64,000 bases of DNA from Candidatus Dadabacteria bacterium (lineage in GTDB: Bacteria; Desulfobacterota_D; UBA1144; Nemesobacterales; CSP1-2): contig CAWDVW010000007.1 in assembly GCA_963805855.1 (NCBI GenBank), forward strand, positions 416,001 to 480,000, given 5' to 3'. The notes beneath the pieces are model-generated. The model was not told where the DNA came from, made no database searches, and saw only the letters and a program-made list of their open reading frames with translations. Made by a program: the position numbers and the translations under genes. Positions 28,327-38,092 of the stretch are shown in pieces; position 1 is the first letter of the stretch; each line of letters starts with the position of its first letter.

Positions 28327-29094
28327 TTGCTCTCAAAAAAGGAAGGTACCGAAATAAAAGCCTACATATTTATAACTTGCCTAGTCGACACCTTTTTTCC
28401 CCATGTCGGTGAAAGCATGGTTGCGGTTCTCAGAAGAATTGGGGTAGATTTAGATTTTCTTGAAGACCAAACCTGCTGCGGACAGCCTGCTTTTAATAGC
28501 GGTTATCATTCCGATGCCAAAATACTCGCAAAGAGATTTCTCTCGATATTTGATAATGACGACTATATCGTCTGTCCCTCTGGTTCATGCACGAGCATGG
28601 TAAAGATTTTTTATAAAGAACTGTTTAAGAATGATCCAGAAATGCATGAGATCACACAGAGGGTATCGGCGAGGACTCGTGAATTTTCTGATTTCATCGT
28701 TAACGTACTAAACAAGGAGGATGTGGGGGCTTCTTTTAATGGGAAGGTTACCTATCACGACTCCTGCCATCTTTTAAGAGAGCTAAGGGTTAAAGATGAG
28801 CCACGAAAACTGATTAATTCCGTGAAAGGGATTGATTTTATTGACATGAGCAACAGCGATACATGCTGTGGGTTCGGCGGAGCATTCTCAATAAAGTTCC
28901 CGGAGGTATCCGTCTCAATTTTAGATGAGAAGATAGAAAATATCACAAACACAGGTGCGGATGCCGTCATATCAGGCGATATGGGATGTCTTATGCAGAT
29001 TGGCGGAGCGTTAAGGAGAAGAAAGATCCCTATCAAGACGATGCATCTGGCGGAACTACTCGCCTCGGATGAAACCCAAAAATCAATAATTTGA
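28327..29094 (+). CDS. lutA: Lactate utilisation protein A (CCG-domain Fe-S); true start may be ATA at 28354
   Basis: FITCLVD, QTCCGQPAFNSG, SGSC, YHDSCH, CCGFGG and D.GCLMQI motifs. Confidence 0.9.
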   Translation: MLSKKEGTEIKAYIFITCLVDTFFPHVGESMVAVLRRIGVDLDFLEDQTCCGQPAFNSGYHSDAKILAKRFLSIFDNDDYIVCPSGSCTSMVKIFYKELFKNDPEMHEITQRVSARTREFSDFIVNVLNKEDVGASFNGKVTYHDSCHLLRELRVKDEPRKLINSVKGIDFIDMSNSDTCCGFGGAFSIKFPEVSVSILDEKIENITNTGADAVISGDMGCLMQIGGALRRRKIPIKTMHLAELLASDETQKSII

Positions 29095-30536
29095 TGTTAA
29101 AAATGAATGTATATAGTCACGATTTTAAAAAGCACTCGGACAGGGCCTTGAAAAATGAAAAGCTCCAGAAGGCCTTGAGATATACCACAGATCGCTTTAG
29201 GGAAAGAAGAAAATCCGCAGTAGCGGGCGTGGGTAATTGGGAGGACTTAAGATCCCTCGCAAGAGAAATAAAACAGGAAACGATTTCAAATCTTGATAAG
29301 TACCTGGAGTTGCTGGAAGAAAATGTCGTTAAAGCTGGAGGAATTGTTCACTGGGCAACCGATGCCGATGAAGCGGCCAAAGTAATCTTAGAAATCGCCT
29401 TGAAGTCAGGGGTAAAGTCGGTTGTGAAGAGTAAGTCAATGGCAACCGAAGAAATAGAACTCAACCACGCACTCAATCAAGCAGGAATAGAGGCTATTGA
29501 AACAGACCTTGGTGAGTACATTATTCAACTTGCCAAAGAAACTCCGTCGCATATAATCGCTCCTGCTATTCACAAATCGAAAGAAGATATTTCAAAACTA
29601 TTTTCAGAAACGTTGAATATTCCCTACTACACTGAACCTGAGGATTTAACAAAGATAGCCAGGGAAAAATTGAGACAAAAGTTTCTGACTGCAGATATGG
29701 GAGTCTCAGGAGCAAACTTTGCCGTGGCGGAGACCGGTACTATCGTGATTGTCGAAAATGAAGGAAATGCTAGGCTGACAACTACTTTGCCCAGGCTACA
29801 TGTAGCCTTGATGGGTATAGAAAAGGTTATTCCGCGCTTCGAGGATCTGGCAGTATTTCTCAGCATACTGGCAAGAAGCGCCACGGGTCAAAAGATGTCC
29901 TCATATGTGTCTCTCATAACCGGTCCGACGAGAAAAGGTGAAAAGGATGGCCCTGAAGAATTTCACCTCGTTTTACTGGATAATGGACGATCAAATATTC
30001 TAGCCACTGATGAAACCAGGGAATCCCTTTATTGTATAAGGTGTGGAGCCTGTCTTAACATCTGTCCTGTTTACAGAAAGGTTGGGGGACATTCGTATGG
30101 ATGGGTCTATTCCGGTCCTATTGGTGCGATTATTTCTCCGCAACTCCTGGGGTTTGACAAAGCACCTGACCTTCCATTCGCTTCCTCTCTCTGTGGAGCG
30201 TGTAAGGATGTTTGTCCTGTGAAAATCGATATACCAAAGGTTTTGCTGGAACTCAGGAAAAGGGTTATCGAAGAAAAATCCCGAGCGAATAGGGTAGGGG
30301 TGGATAAGCTAGAGAAGCTAGGAATAAAGATCTGGCGGTTAGCAATGGAGCATCCCTGGGTTTATAGTCATTTATTGACATTGGCATATTACGGCCAGCG
30401 GCTGTGGCTCCGCGGACTTGGAGATGAAAGGAAATCCCAGCCCCTCGCATTTAAACAATGGACAAAAAGCCGGGAGTTTCCGACGATAGCAAAAAGACCC
30501 TTCAGAAAGAGATGGAAGGAAATGAGAGAAAAGTAA
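29091..30536 (+). CDS. lutB: Lactate utilisation protein B (Fe-S, LUD domain)
   Basis: KSKSM.TEE, ETDLGEYI.Q, PSHI.APA.H, ENEGNAR, CIRCGACLNICP and CGACKDVCP motifs. Confidence 0.93.
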   Translation: MMLKMNVYSHDFKKHSDRALKNEKLQKALRYTTDRFRERRKSAVAGVGNWEDLRSLAREIKQETISNLDKYLELLEENVVKAGGIVHWATDADEAAKVILEIALKSGVKSVVKSKSMATEEIELNHALNQAGIEAIETDLGEYIIQLAKETPSHIIAPAIHKSKEDISKLFSETLNIPYYTEPEDLTKIAREKLRQKFLTADMGVSGANFAVAETGTIVIVENEGNARLTTTLPRLHVALMGIEKVIPRFEDLAVFLSILARSATGQKMSSYVSLITGPTRKGEKDGPEEFHLVLLDNGRSNILATDETRESLYCIRCGACLNICPVYRKVGGHSYGWVYSGPIGAIISPQLLGFDKAPDLPFASSLCGACKDVCPVKIDIPKVLLELRKRVIEEKSRANRVGVDKLEKLGIKIWRLAMEHPWVYSHLLTLAYYGQRLWLRGLGDERKSQPLAFKQWTKSREFPTIAKRPFRKRWKEMREK

Positions 30537-30538
30537 AT

Positions 30539-31261
30539 ATGGAGTCTGGTTCGAGGGATAAAGTACTAAGCAGGATAAAGAGCGCCCTTTACAGGCCAAG
30601 TGATGACAGCGGGCCCGGCTCTGAACCCGCAGCTCATAAGCCTGGTTGTTTTGTCAAGGGAAAGATGCGCATCGAGTCTGACAATAACCTTAAGCGAGAA
30701 GACCAGAACCTTATTGACATATTCACAAATGAGCTTGGTAAGGTAAACGGGCTATCTAAAGTCCTGAATAACGAGGATGAACTCGGGCAATATCTATCTA
30801 ATGTAACTGCCGAACATGATTCAAAATCCTTCATAGTATGGGAAACGCCTCTAATCAAGCAATTGAAGGTTATTGAATATCTTAAAAGTAATGGACTAAG
30901 GGTGATTAAGTCACATGATAAAAAACACCTTGAAAGAGCAGATATAGGCATTACCGAGGCAGACTATGCAATCGCGGACTCGGGCACATTGGTTTTGTTC
31001 TCAAATCCAAAGAAACCAAGGTTGGTATCGCTCATAACGCCGATCCATATAGCTATTTTAGACCCGAAAAATGTCGTTCCTAATATTTTTGATTTATTTC
31101 AGGTAATAACGCAAGAATCTGATGAGGAATTACACCCTAAAGACATAGTGAGTTGTATTACCTTTATCACAGGCCCAAGCAGAACCGCCGACATAGAGCT
31201 GAACCTTACATTGGGAGTACACGGGCCCAAGGAAGTTCATATTTTGATATACCAGAAATGA
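30539..31261 (+). CDS. lutC: Lactate utilisation protein C (LUD domain)
   Basis: GITEAD.AIADSG and ITGPSRTADIE..L..GVHGP; start placed at the ATG at 30539, just after the lutB stop. Confidence 0.9.
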   Translation: MESGSRDKVLSRIKSALYRPSDDSGPGSEPAAHKPGCFVKGKMRIESDNNLKREDQNLIDIFTNELGKVNGLSKVLNNEDELGQYLSNVTAEHDSKSFIVWETPLIKQLKVIEYLKSNGLRVIKSHDKKHLERADIGITEADYAIADSGTLVLFSNPKKPRLVSLITPIHIAILDPKNVVPNIFDLFQVITQESDEELHPKDIVSCITFITGPSRTADIELNLTLGVHGPKEVHILIYQK

Positions 31262-31435
31262 CTGCTAGACCTTAAGCCACGATTAATATAATGGTTCAGG
31301 CAGGTTATATCTACCTTATAATCTTATACCTTATTTTGTGAATGAAGATTGCTAATAACTGTATTGCGATATAATAGGGCTCTTACATGAGTTATATAAT
31401 GTAATATATAAGACTATTTATCTATCATCCTGATG

Positions 31436-32164
31436 TTATTGAATACTTTCAGGTTCGTGCATCCAATCTCTCGCATTGAAGGCTTCACCGGTCACATTAA
31501 TTGAGTCATCAGATGCTAGATATACAAAAATCGGCGCTATATCATCCGGGGTTGGAAGCGTTTCAGGATCCTCCTCTGGATAGGCCGCAGCACGCATCTC
31601 TGTTCTTGTACCGCCCGGATTGACAGAATTAACCCGTACTTTTGGCTTTAATTCATCTGCAAGCACCTGCGTTAAGCCCTCGAGTCCGAATTTTGACGCA
31701 GCATAGGCTCCCCAGCCGGCTTTGCCACGTCTCCCCACGCTCGAACTTACGTTGATTATCGAGGACTTATTTCCATTCAATAAAAGAGGGAGGAGTGCCT
31801 TGGTCACGAAAAATTGAGCGTTCAGGTTTATTTGAATTGTCTTTTCCCAAATATCCTCATCATAATCCATGATAGGTTTACGAAGCCCAAGTATGCTGGC
31901 ATTATTCACGAGGATATCAAGCCTGCCAAACCTGTCCTCAATTTCGTCCTTCACTGACTTAACCTGATTCCTCTTAGATATGTCTGCTTTGATATATGAG
32001 ATATTCCCATATTTCGTCAATTCCTCTTGCGTCCTTTTTAAATATCTTTCATTTCTTCCACAGATAATAACGGTAGCGCCTTCCTCGAGAAAGGCCTTGG
32101 CGATACCTTTACCAACGCCTTTGCTACCTCCGGTAATGAGTGCAGTCTTATTATTGAGCTTCAT
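31436..32164 (-). CDS. SDR oxidoreductase, YciK-like
   Basis: TGGSKGVG, YAASK, NPGGTRTEMRAAAYPEEDP; start at the ATG at 32164 after an extended -10 (TGGTATATT). Confidence 0.85.
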   Translation of the reverse strand: MKLNNKTALITGGSKGVGKGIAKAFLEEGATVIICGRNERYLKRTQEELTKYGNISYIKADISKRNQVKSVKDEIEDRFGRLDILVNNASILGLRKPIMDYDEDIWEKTIQINLNAQFFVTKALLPLLLNGNKSSIINVSSSVGRRGKAGWGAYAASKFGLEGLTQVLADELKPKVRVNSVNPGGTRTEMRAAAYPEEDPETLPTPDDIAPIFVYLASDDSINVTGEAFNARDWMHEPESIQ

Positions 32165-32844
32165 ATAACAGAATATACCACACATTCGGAAATAATGTTA
32201 TGTCCGATAAGGTATATTATGTCAACTCATATTATTGGGTTTCCCAGCGTATCCCCCCTGCTTAGATTAGCTCAGACCTCAAACATAACACATATTCGTG
32301 GATCATTGCGGTACATTCGACGTAATTACTTATTCCCCGATATGCTTATTAGTTTCAATGTTCTATGTAGGTTACAACAGTTTTTGACAGATATTAAGCT
32401 AAATCGCTTTGAAATTCCTCGCACTTCCACTCGTTTTACAAGACGTCTCATTTAGCGCTGTATTGTTAGGTATACTATACTTAAGGCATCTTTACCCACA
32501 GAAGCTCTTAAAAGCAGCAAATTTTGAGCCAAGAAGCACTAATGAATCATATTATATAATAATATGAGCATGTTAAATAGAGTACGTTATTTAATGGATT
32601 AGCTAAGGTAAGACACGCAATTAGGTGTGATACCTAAGTCGCCGTGAGAAATGAATATTATATGAGATTTGTTATAGATTTTCCTTCCGTATCTTAAGTA
32701 ACATCCGTCGATCTTGAACAGACTTATTTTTTAAAGTTACCCCTACCCTTTCAGAATAAAAAATTTTAATCCTTTAGAAATTCGGCGGTTTTGGGTTAAT
32801 CTAGTAAGGGATCCAATATAGATGAATAACTTTTGGTTGAGGAT

Positions 32845-33828
32845 ATGACAGAGATTATAGGAATTGATGCAGGTGGTTCAAAAACTACGGTGATCCACGC
32901 ATCTGTCGCAGACACCATTAAGACAGAATTCCAATTAATAAGAGAATCCGACTTGAATTCCTATAATTATAGACAGGATGGAATTACCGCTCTCAATAGT
33001 CTTATTAAAGAAATCCTGGGCACTTTTCAGATCGGGGACATAAAGAGTACCCGTCTGCTCGGTGGATTTGCCGGTGCCGGAACGGACAAATGTCATACAG
33101 ATATTCAAAGATCATTCGAGAAACACGGCTTTCGTAGAAACCTGACCACTATTACAAGCGATGCAGGGCTGCTTTTAATGGCAATAGGCAATACCGGCAT
33201 AGTCTTAACTGCTGGCACAGGCTCGATATGTATAGGTAGAGGAAGGGTTTCCGAGGACGGGAGGGAAATAAATGGCCGCGCGGGCGGCTACGGCTTTCGG
33301 ACGTACTCAGAACCGGGGGGATATCAATTGGGAATGAGAGCGATTGATGCTGCGCTAAAGATAGAAGATGGGAGAGGACACGAACCTACCGTTTTATATA
33401 CCAGAATTAAGGATTATTTTGGTGTTAGCCGTCTTGAAGAGATAATTCCATTGCTATATCCTCAGTCAGGTAAAAACAGTAATGTTAACAGGCAGATAGC
33501 GGGTGTTTCTAAGGTCGTACTTAAAGCCGCTCACGAAGGCGACAGAACAGCAATTCATCTCGTTAAAGAGCTGGTTTATAATTTTGCGGGCCATATCCAT
33601 GCCGTGTACCGCAAACTGGGACTAGAAAGCTCTCTAGTCGGGCTGCATGGTGGGCTTTTTGCCGACCCACACGGTGAGGAACTCCTCATAAAACCATTGA
33701 CACGACACCGGCTCTTGCATAAATATGATTTGAAATTTATCACACTGGGAGTCAAAACAGGCGATACCGATCCCCTGATAGAGGCCATGAAGCACGTGGT
33801 AGTAGTGAACGAACACTTGAAGACATAA
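32845..33828 (+). CDS. BadF/BadG/BcrA/BcrD-family ATPase (N-acetylglucosamine/sugar kinase-like)
   Basis: GIDAGGSKT, G.AG, SDA, AGTGS and RAGG.G motifs. Confidence 0.85.
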   Translation: MTEIIGIDAGGSKTTVIHASVADTIKTEFQLIRESDLNSYNYRQDGITALNSLIKEILGTFQIGDIKSTRLLGGFAGAGTDKCHTDIQRSFEKHGFRRNLTTITSDAGLLLMAIGNTGIVLTAGTGSICIGRGRVSEDGREINGRAGGYGFRTYSEPGGYQLGMRAIDAALKIEDGRGHEPTVLYTRIKDYFGVSRLEEIIPLLYPQSGKNSNVNRQIAGVSKVVLKAAHEGDRTAIHLVKELVYNFAGHIHAVYRKLGLESSLVGLHGGLFADPHGEELLIKPLTRHRLLHKYDLKFITLGVKTGDTDPLIEAMKHVVVVNEHLKT

Positions 33829-34111
33829 ATCTAGGCTAAAATAGAACTCATCGGAGCAATCTTTTTATTTGACTCTGGCCTCCCTTTAGCAGCTTTCAAG
33901 GGATTAAATCTAAGTCAAATAGGATTGAATTCAGTGCTCAAAAAGAAGATAATTTTAAGGCAATGCTGACTTTTAAAAGTACATCAGCCGAAAAGAATTC
34001 TCAAAATAGCTCCATGTTATATCGAATGTCATCCTATATTCATTCCTTAAGATTAATGCTTATTTCGGTGTTCTTTGCATCGAATGCCTATGCCCAGTTC
34101 TCCCCTAACCC

Positions 34112-34581
34112 ATGAAAAATGAATTCGATGTATTTACAGAAATTTGCAAAGAAACCTTCGAATTCCTTAAAAATCAATATGGGTTTTGCGAATTAATGGA
34201 GGAGCGGGAATCTTATGTCGTTTATCTTACTTATAAGAACAATACAACTGGTGTAAGAATTAGTTATGAGCCTATCGAAGAAGGGGTTTTTGTCCTACTA
34301 GCTCGCTCGGTAAGTGGTGAGGTTCCCAAAGAGCCTATTTTCATTAAATCAGATATTGAATTGAACTCATTCTATCTTGATGATCTGGTTAAATTAAGAA
34401 AACCGGAAATATTGGTTGAACGTAAACCGAAGATTGAATCATCAGGAGAAGGGCTGAGACAATACTTAGTTATAATCAGCTAAGGAAATGTGCTGGAGAT
34501 GTGCTTTCAGGGAAATTCGACGTCTTTAGAAAATTAGATCGTGTTGTAAAGGACAGACATAGAGAATTAAATCAAGCCTGA
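34112..34581 (+). pseudogene. Frameshifted hypothetical gene, immunity-protein-like
   Basis: The frame stops at 34483, but the -1 frame continues TILSYNQLRKCAGDVLSGKFDVFRKLDRVVKDRHRELNQA* to 34581; N-terminus F...F.FL..YGF. Confidence 0.55.
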
Positions 34582-34728
34582 TTGTCAATCAATCGGTGAA
34601 CCGTACCCAAGAAAAAGGAGAAAAAGATAAGGCTAGGGATCACCCACCAGCCAGTCCCTGTCAATAGAAATTAAAGAGGATGCAGCCCTTTATTTAGAGA
34701 TGATTCATTCATTCACGCCTGACCCCCT

Positions 34729-35118
34729 CTAATTCTCCACCTTGAGTTGTTTATCAAAAGTTATCAATTTAGCCTCTTCATCCCTCACAAACTTCAGAAG
34801 CAGCACATCATTGTAATTAAGCTCTCCATTACTCTCAATAACCCCATCTGCTACCTCAGCATGAATTTCCTGCATGTTTTCGAGCCAGATAACATTTATG
34901 TTTGCCTCAAGCTCTTTCAACTTTCCTAGGGCTTCTTTACAGTCGTATTTCCTTTCCCTACACCTTCTTGCTATAACCGAGTATATTTCTGAAAGATTGG
35001 TACTAAGAACATAAACTCTCTCATTCCCGAGATCTTCTATTATTCCTACCGCATTTTTGTGATGGGCGTCTTTTTTATCAAGAAGAGCCACTATGATGTT
35101 TGTATCTAGAACTATCAC
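34729..35118 (-). CDS. PIN-domain (VapC-like) toxin
   Basis: IVLDTN, D..H..A, SE, YND and LITFD acidic PIN motifs; GTG start overlaps the upstream TGA. Confidence 0.9.
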   Translation of the reverse strand: MIVLDTNIIVALLDKKDAHHKNAVGIIEDLGNERVYVLSTNLSEIYSVIARRCRERKYDCKEALGKLKELEANINVIWLENMQEIHAEVADGVIESNGELNYNDVLLLKFVRDEEAKLITFDKQLKVEN

Positions 35119-35474
35119 TTATACAGCCTCTGTTCATCCTCTACAGCATCACCCCCCATTGCCAAAGACCCTGCAAGCTTTAAAAGGCTTTTCGCAGTCC
35201 CTATTTCTCTTTCTTCTACAATTTCAACATCGAGTTTCCTGAGTATCCTCACCGCATCCTGAGTCGTGAAATCGAGGAGCGTCACATCATAACCCTTTTC
35301 CTTAAAGACCTCATAAAGCAAGTTTTTGACCGGGATTCTTTTCCCGTCGATTAAAGCATAATAAGATTTCCCCCTTCCCGGTATTCTTTTCTTGGCAACC
35401 TTTTCAATATCTTTCTTTGAGAGGTAAGCTTCTTTACCCCTCAGTATAAATTTCTTTGCCGATCTAACTGTCAT
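35115..35474 (-). CDS. Putative antitoxin of the PIN toxin
   Basis: Translationally coupled upstream of the PIN gene; SD GGAGG before the ATG at 35474; basic N-terminal domain and a C-terminal LLKLAGS..D.VEDE tail. Confidence 0.7.
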   Translation of the reverse strand: MTVRSAKKFILRGKEAYLSKKDIEKVAKKRIPGRGKSYYALIDGKRIPVKNLLYEVFKEKGYDVTLLDFTTQDAVRILRKLDVEIVEEREIGTAKSLLKLAGSLAMGGDAVEDEQRLYK

Positions 35475-36221
35475 GCACTTTACCTCCACTTACAGTTATC
35501 AATAAGTGTATATTTATCTCACAATTAATCAAGAAGGGAAGTTTACTCGTTATTCGAGATATTTAGGAGAACACTCAAGACTAATTCTCAATTAACGTTA
35601 GTTAATCGGTACCTCTTCCGCTTTCAACGTTACCCCTTCTTGTAATTAAAGGGGACGCATGTAGATGCTCAGTAATTATGTCCCTCTTTTCCAATAACGA
35701 AGAAATCTTAATTTAACAAATAGAGGAGCTGAACTTTTATCTCTAAAAACCATATAATAATTTATTTAATCAAATAATTGTGTGTCTAAGTAGTGTGTTA
35801 TCTTAAATTTGTGATTTTCATTTTTGAATTAAGTGATCTAAGAAACCTTTTTTGAACGAATAATGAATCACTTACTAATAAGTCGCAAAAAGTTACCGAA
35901 TTAGTGAGCTAGTACAACGCATGTACTTTATTTGGAGATAACTCATTTATTCGCGACACCATTCAGGAAGGAACAATAATTCGAGGTCTGTACGGCATTG
36001 ATTATCCAGCCTTTTAGAACAAGGTCGGGAATTTGGTGGGTGGAAGTCGATTGATGTTCCCCATTTTTCTCCCCCTACCCTTTTCACATATCTTCTATAA
36101 TACGGTCGGTTCTTGCGTTTTTTGTTGAAATCAATTAATCTAAGACCTTGAAAAATAAGGTCTATATATATATATTAAAACTATTTAATAACCTGCAACA
36201 TCGAAATCAGAGGTTCTTAAC

Positions 36222-36569
36222 ATGCCGATATATGAATATGAATGTACTAAATGTGGTGAGATAACCGAAGCACTCCAGGGCTTTAATGACAAGCCGCTTA
36301 AAAGATGCAAGTCTTGTAAGGGAAAACTGGAAAGAATAGTATCCCTCTCTTCCTTCCACTTAAAGGGGCACGGGTGGTATTCAACTGATTATGCAAAGAA
36401 TGCTGGAATCCCCCCCATGGCCGAAGCACAGAATAATCCGGCCATTTCTGACAGCACAAACGGGACCAAACCGAGTGGGGATATGGATAAGAAACCGGCT
36501 GTCGAGCCAAAACCCGCGAGCTCATCCAGAAGGGTTATCCAGAAAAACGGCGTACAAAGGTCTGAATAG
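36222..36569 (+). CDS. FmdB-family zinc-ribbon protein
   Basis: MPIYEYECTKCG...CKSCKG...FHLKGHGWYSTDY plus a low-complexity tail. Confidence 0.9.
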   Translation: MPIYEYECTKCGEITEALQGFNDKPLKRCKSCKGKLERIVSLSSFHLKGHGWYSTDYAKNAGIPPMAEAQNNPAISDSTNGTKPSGDMDKKPAVEPKPASSSRRVIQKNGVQRSE

Positions 36570-36753
36570 TATCTCTAAGACAACCCTGTCTTCTTAGTCG
36601 TTTCAGCAGAGTTCCAACATACAAAGTTCCTTAAATCGAACTTATCCAATTAGTCTTTATGTGTACGCCTATTCTTGATATATTCTTTCCCGGTATCCTT
36701 TTTCTTCGTTTTCGACTTATACTTTAATTCAAGCAAGGGGGAAAAATCGAAAA

Positions 36754-37545
36754 ATGGATCTTGGAATAAAAAATAAGGTCGCAATAGTAGCAGCATCCAG
36801 TAAAGGCCTGGGTAAAGGGGTCGCGCTTGGACTCGCCGAGGAAGGCGTGAATTTGACGATCTGCGCACGGGGCACAGAGGCATTAAAAGCAACCGCCGAA
36901 GAAATAAGGTCCAAAACCGGCGTAGGTGTTTTACCGATCCAGGCCGACGTCTCGAATACCGATGACATTAAGCGGGTTGTTTCCGAGACGTTGCGTCATT
37001 ACTCAAAGCTTCACATACTCGTAAACAATGCAGGGGGGCCTCCCCTCGGATATTTTGCCGATTTCTCTCTTGAGGATTGGAAGCAAGCCTTAGGACTTAA
37101 CCTTTTGAGCACTATAACCTTCATCAAGGAATCAATTCCGCACATGAGAGAACAGAAATGGGGAAGGATCGTAAACATTACTTCAGTAGCTGTTAAACAG
37201 CCAATCGACGGGCTAATCCTATCGAATACTTCAAGGGCGGGGGTCATAGGCCTCACCAAAACATTATCCAACGAATATGCTAAGGATAACATCTTATTCA
37301 ACAATGTTTGCCCCGGCAGGATACTTACCGACAGGATCATCCAGCTTGCCGAAGCCAGAGCCAAGACTGCCAATATGAGCGTTGAAGAAGTGTTATCCTC
37401 CATGGAAAAAGACATCCCGATTGGAAGGATTGGAAAACCGAAAGAATTGGCTGACCTCGTTGTATTCCTCTCTTCAGAAAGGGCGAGTTACATAACCGGA
37501 ACAACGATACAGGTAGACGGAGGAGCTGTGAAAGGAGTATATTAG
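36754..37545 (+). CDS. SDR oxidoreductase
   Basis: MDLGI..KVAIVAASSKGLG, NNAGGPP, LSNTSRAG and YITG motifs. Confidence 0.9.
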   Translation: MDLGIKNKVAIVAASSKGLGKGVALGLAEEGVNLTICARGTEALKATAEEIRSKTGVGVLPIQADVSNTDDIKRVVSETLRHYSKLHILVNNAGGPPLGYFADFSLEDWKQALGLNLLSTITFIKESIPHMREQKWGRIVNITSVAVKQPIDGLILSNTSRAGVIGLTKTLSNEYAKDNILFNNVCPGRILTDRIIQLAEARAKTANMSVEEVLSSMEKDIPIGRIGKPKELADLVVFLSSERASYITGTTIQVDGGAVKGVY

Positions 37546-37564
37546 ATCCATGGCTTAATTCAGG

Positions 37565-38092
37565 ATGAAGGACAATTATGAATTCAAAAAATCATACAAC
37601 AGATCAATCTTGCTTCTGTCTTTGCTCGCGACGGTCTTTTATGTACTGGTTACTTACATTCCAAATATAAGTACTCGTGAAGAAAGACCCCCGATTTCCG
37701 AACCTGTTTACGTAGAAATAGCAATGGAGAACGAGTCCTCATATATCGTTGAATTAGATGGTGATAATCAAGCCAATAAATTTGTCGAATCATACCGACT
37801 CCGCAGGCTCCCAAGGAATGGTGATAAGTTGATTATCAGCGGGCAAGATAAAATAATGCTCTCCAGGATGAACGGAAGAAAGAGCTTAGCCCTGGGAGTT
37901 CCCATCGGAATCAATTCCGCTACCGTCGAGGATCTCGTAATACTGCCGGGAATAGGACCGAAGTTGGCTAAAAAAATTATCGAGTATAGAGAATTTAACG
38001 GCCGTTTTAAAAATCCGTCTGAGCTGCAGAAAGTAGATGGAATAGGAGAGAAGAAGTTTAAATCGATAAAGCGGCTTATAAGCCTCGATTAA
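37565..38092 (+). CDS. comEA: ComEA-family helix-hairpin-helix DNA-binding protein
   Basis: N-terminal TM; INSATVEDL..LPGIGPKLA..II.YR and L.KVDGIGEK motifs. Confidence 0.8.
   Translation: MKDNYEFKKSYNRSILLLSLLATVFYVLVTYIPNISTREERPPISEPVYVEIAMENESSYIVELDGDNQANKFVESYRLRRLPRNGDKLIISGQDKIMLSRMNGRKSLALGVPIGINSATVEDLVILPGIGPKLAKKIIEYREFNGRFKNPSELQKVDGIGEKKFKSIKRLISLD

Noticed and set aside
32195..32455. 86-aa ORF in an AT-rich gap
   Set aside because: No SD or motif, atypical composition, and it overlaps the divergent SDR promoter region.
35876..35965. GTCGCAAAA...TTCGCGAC inverted ends suggesting a MITE remnant
   Set aside because: A single short, imperfect copy is insufficient support.
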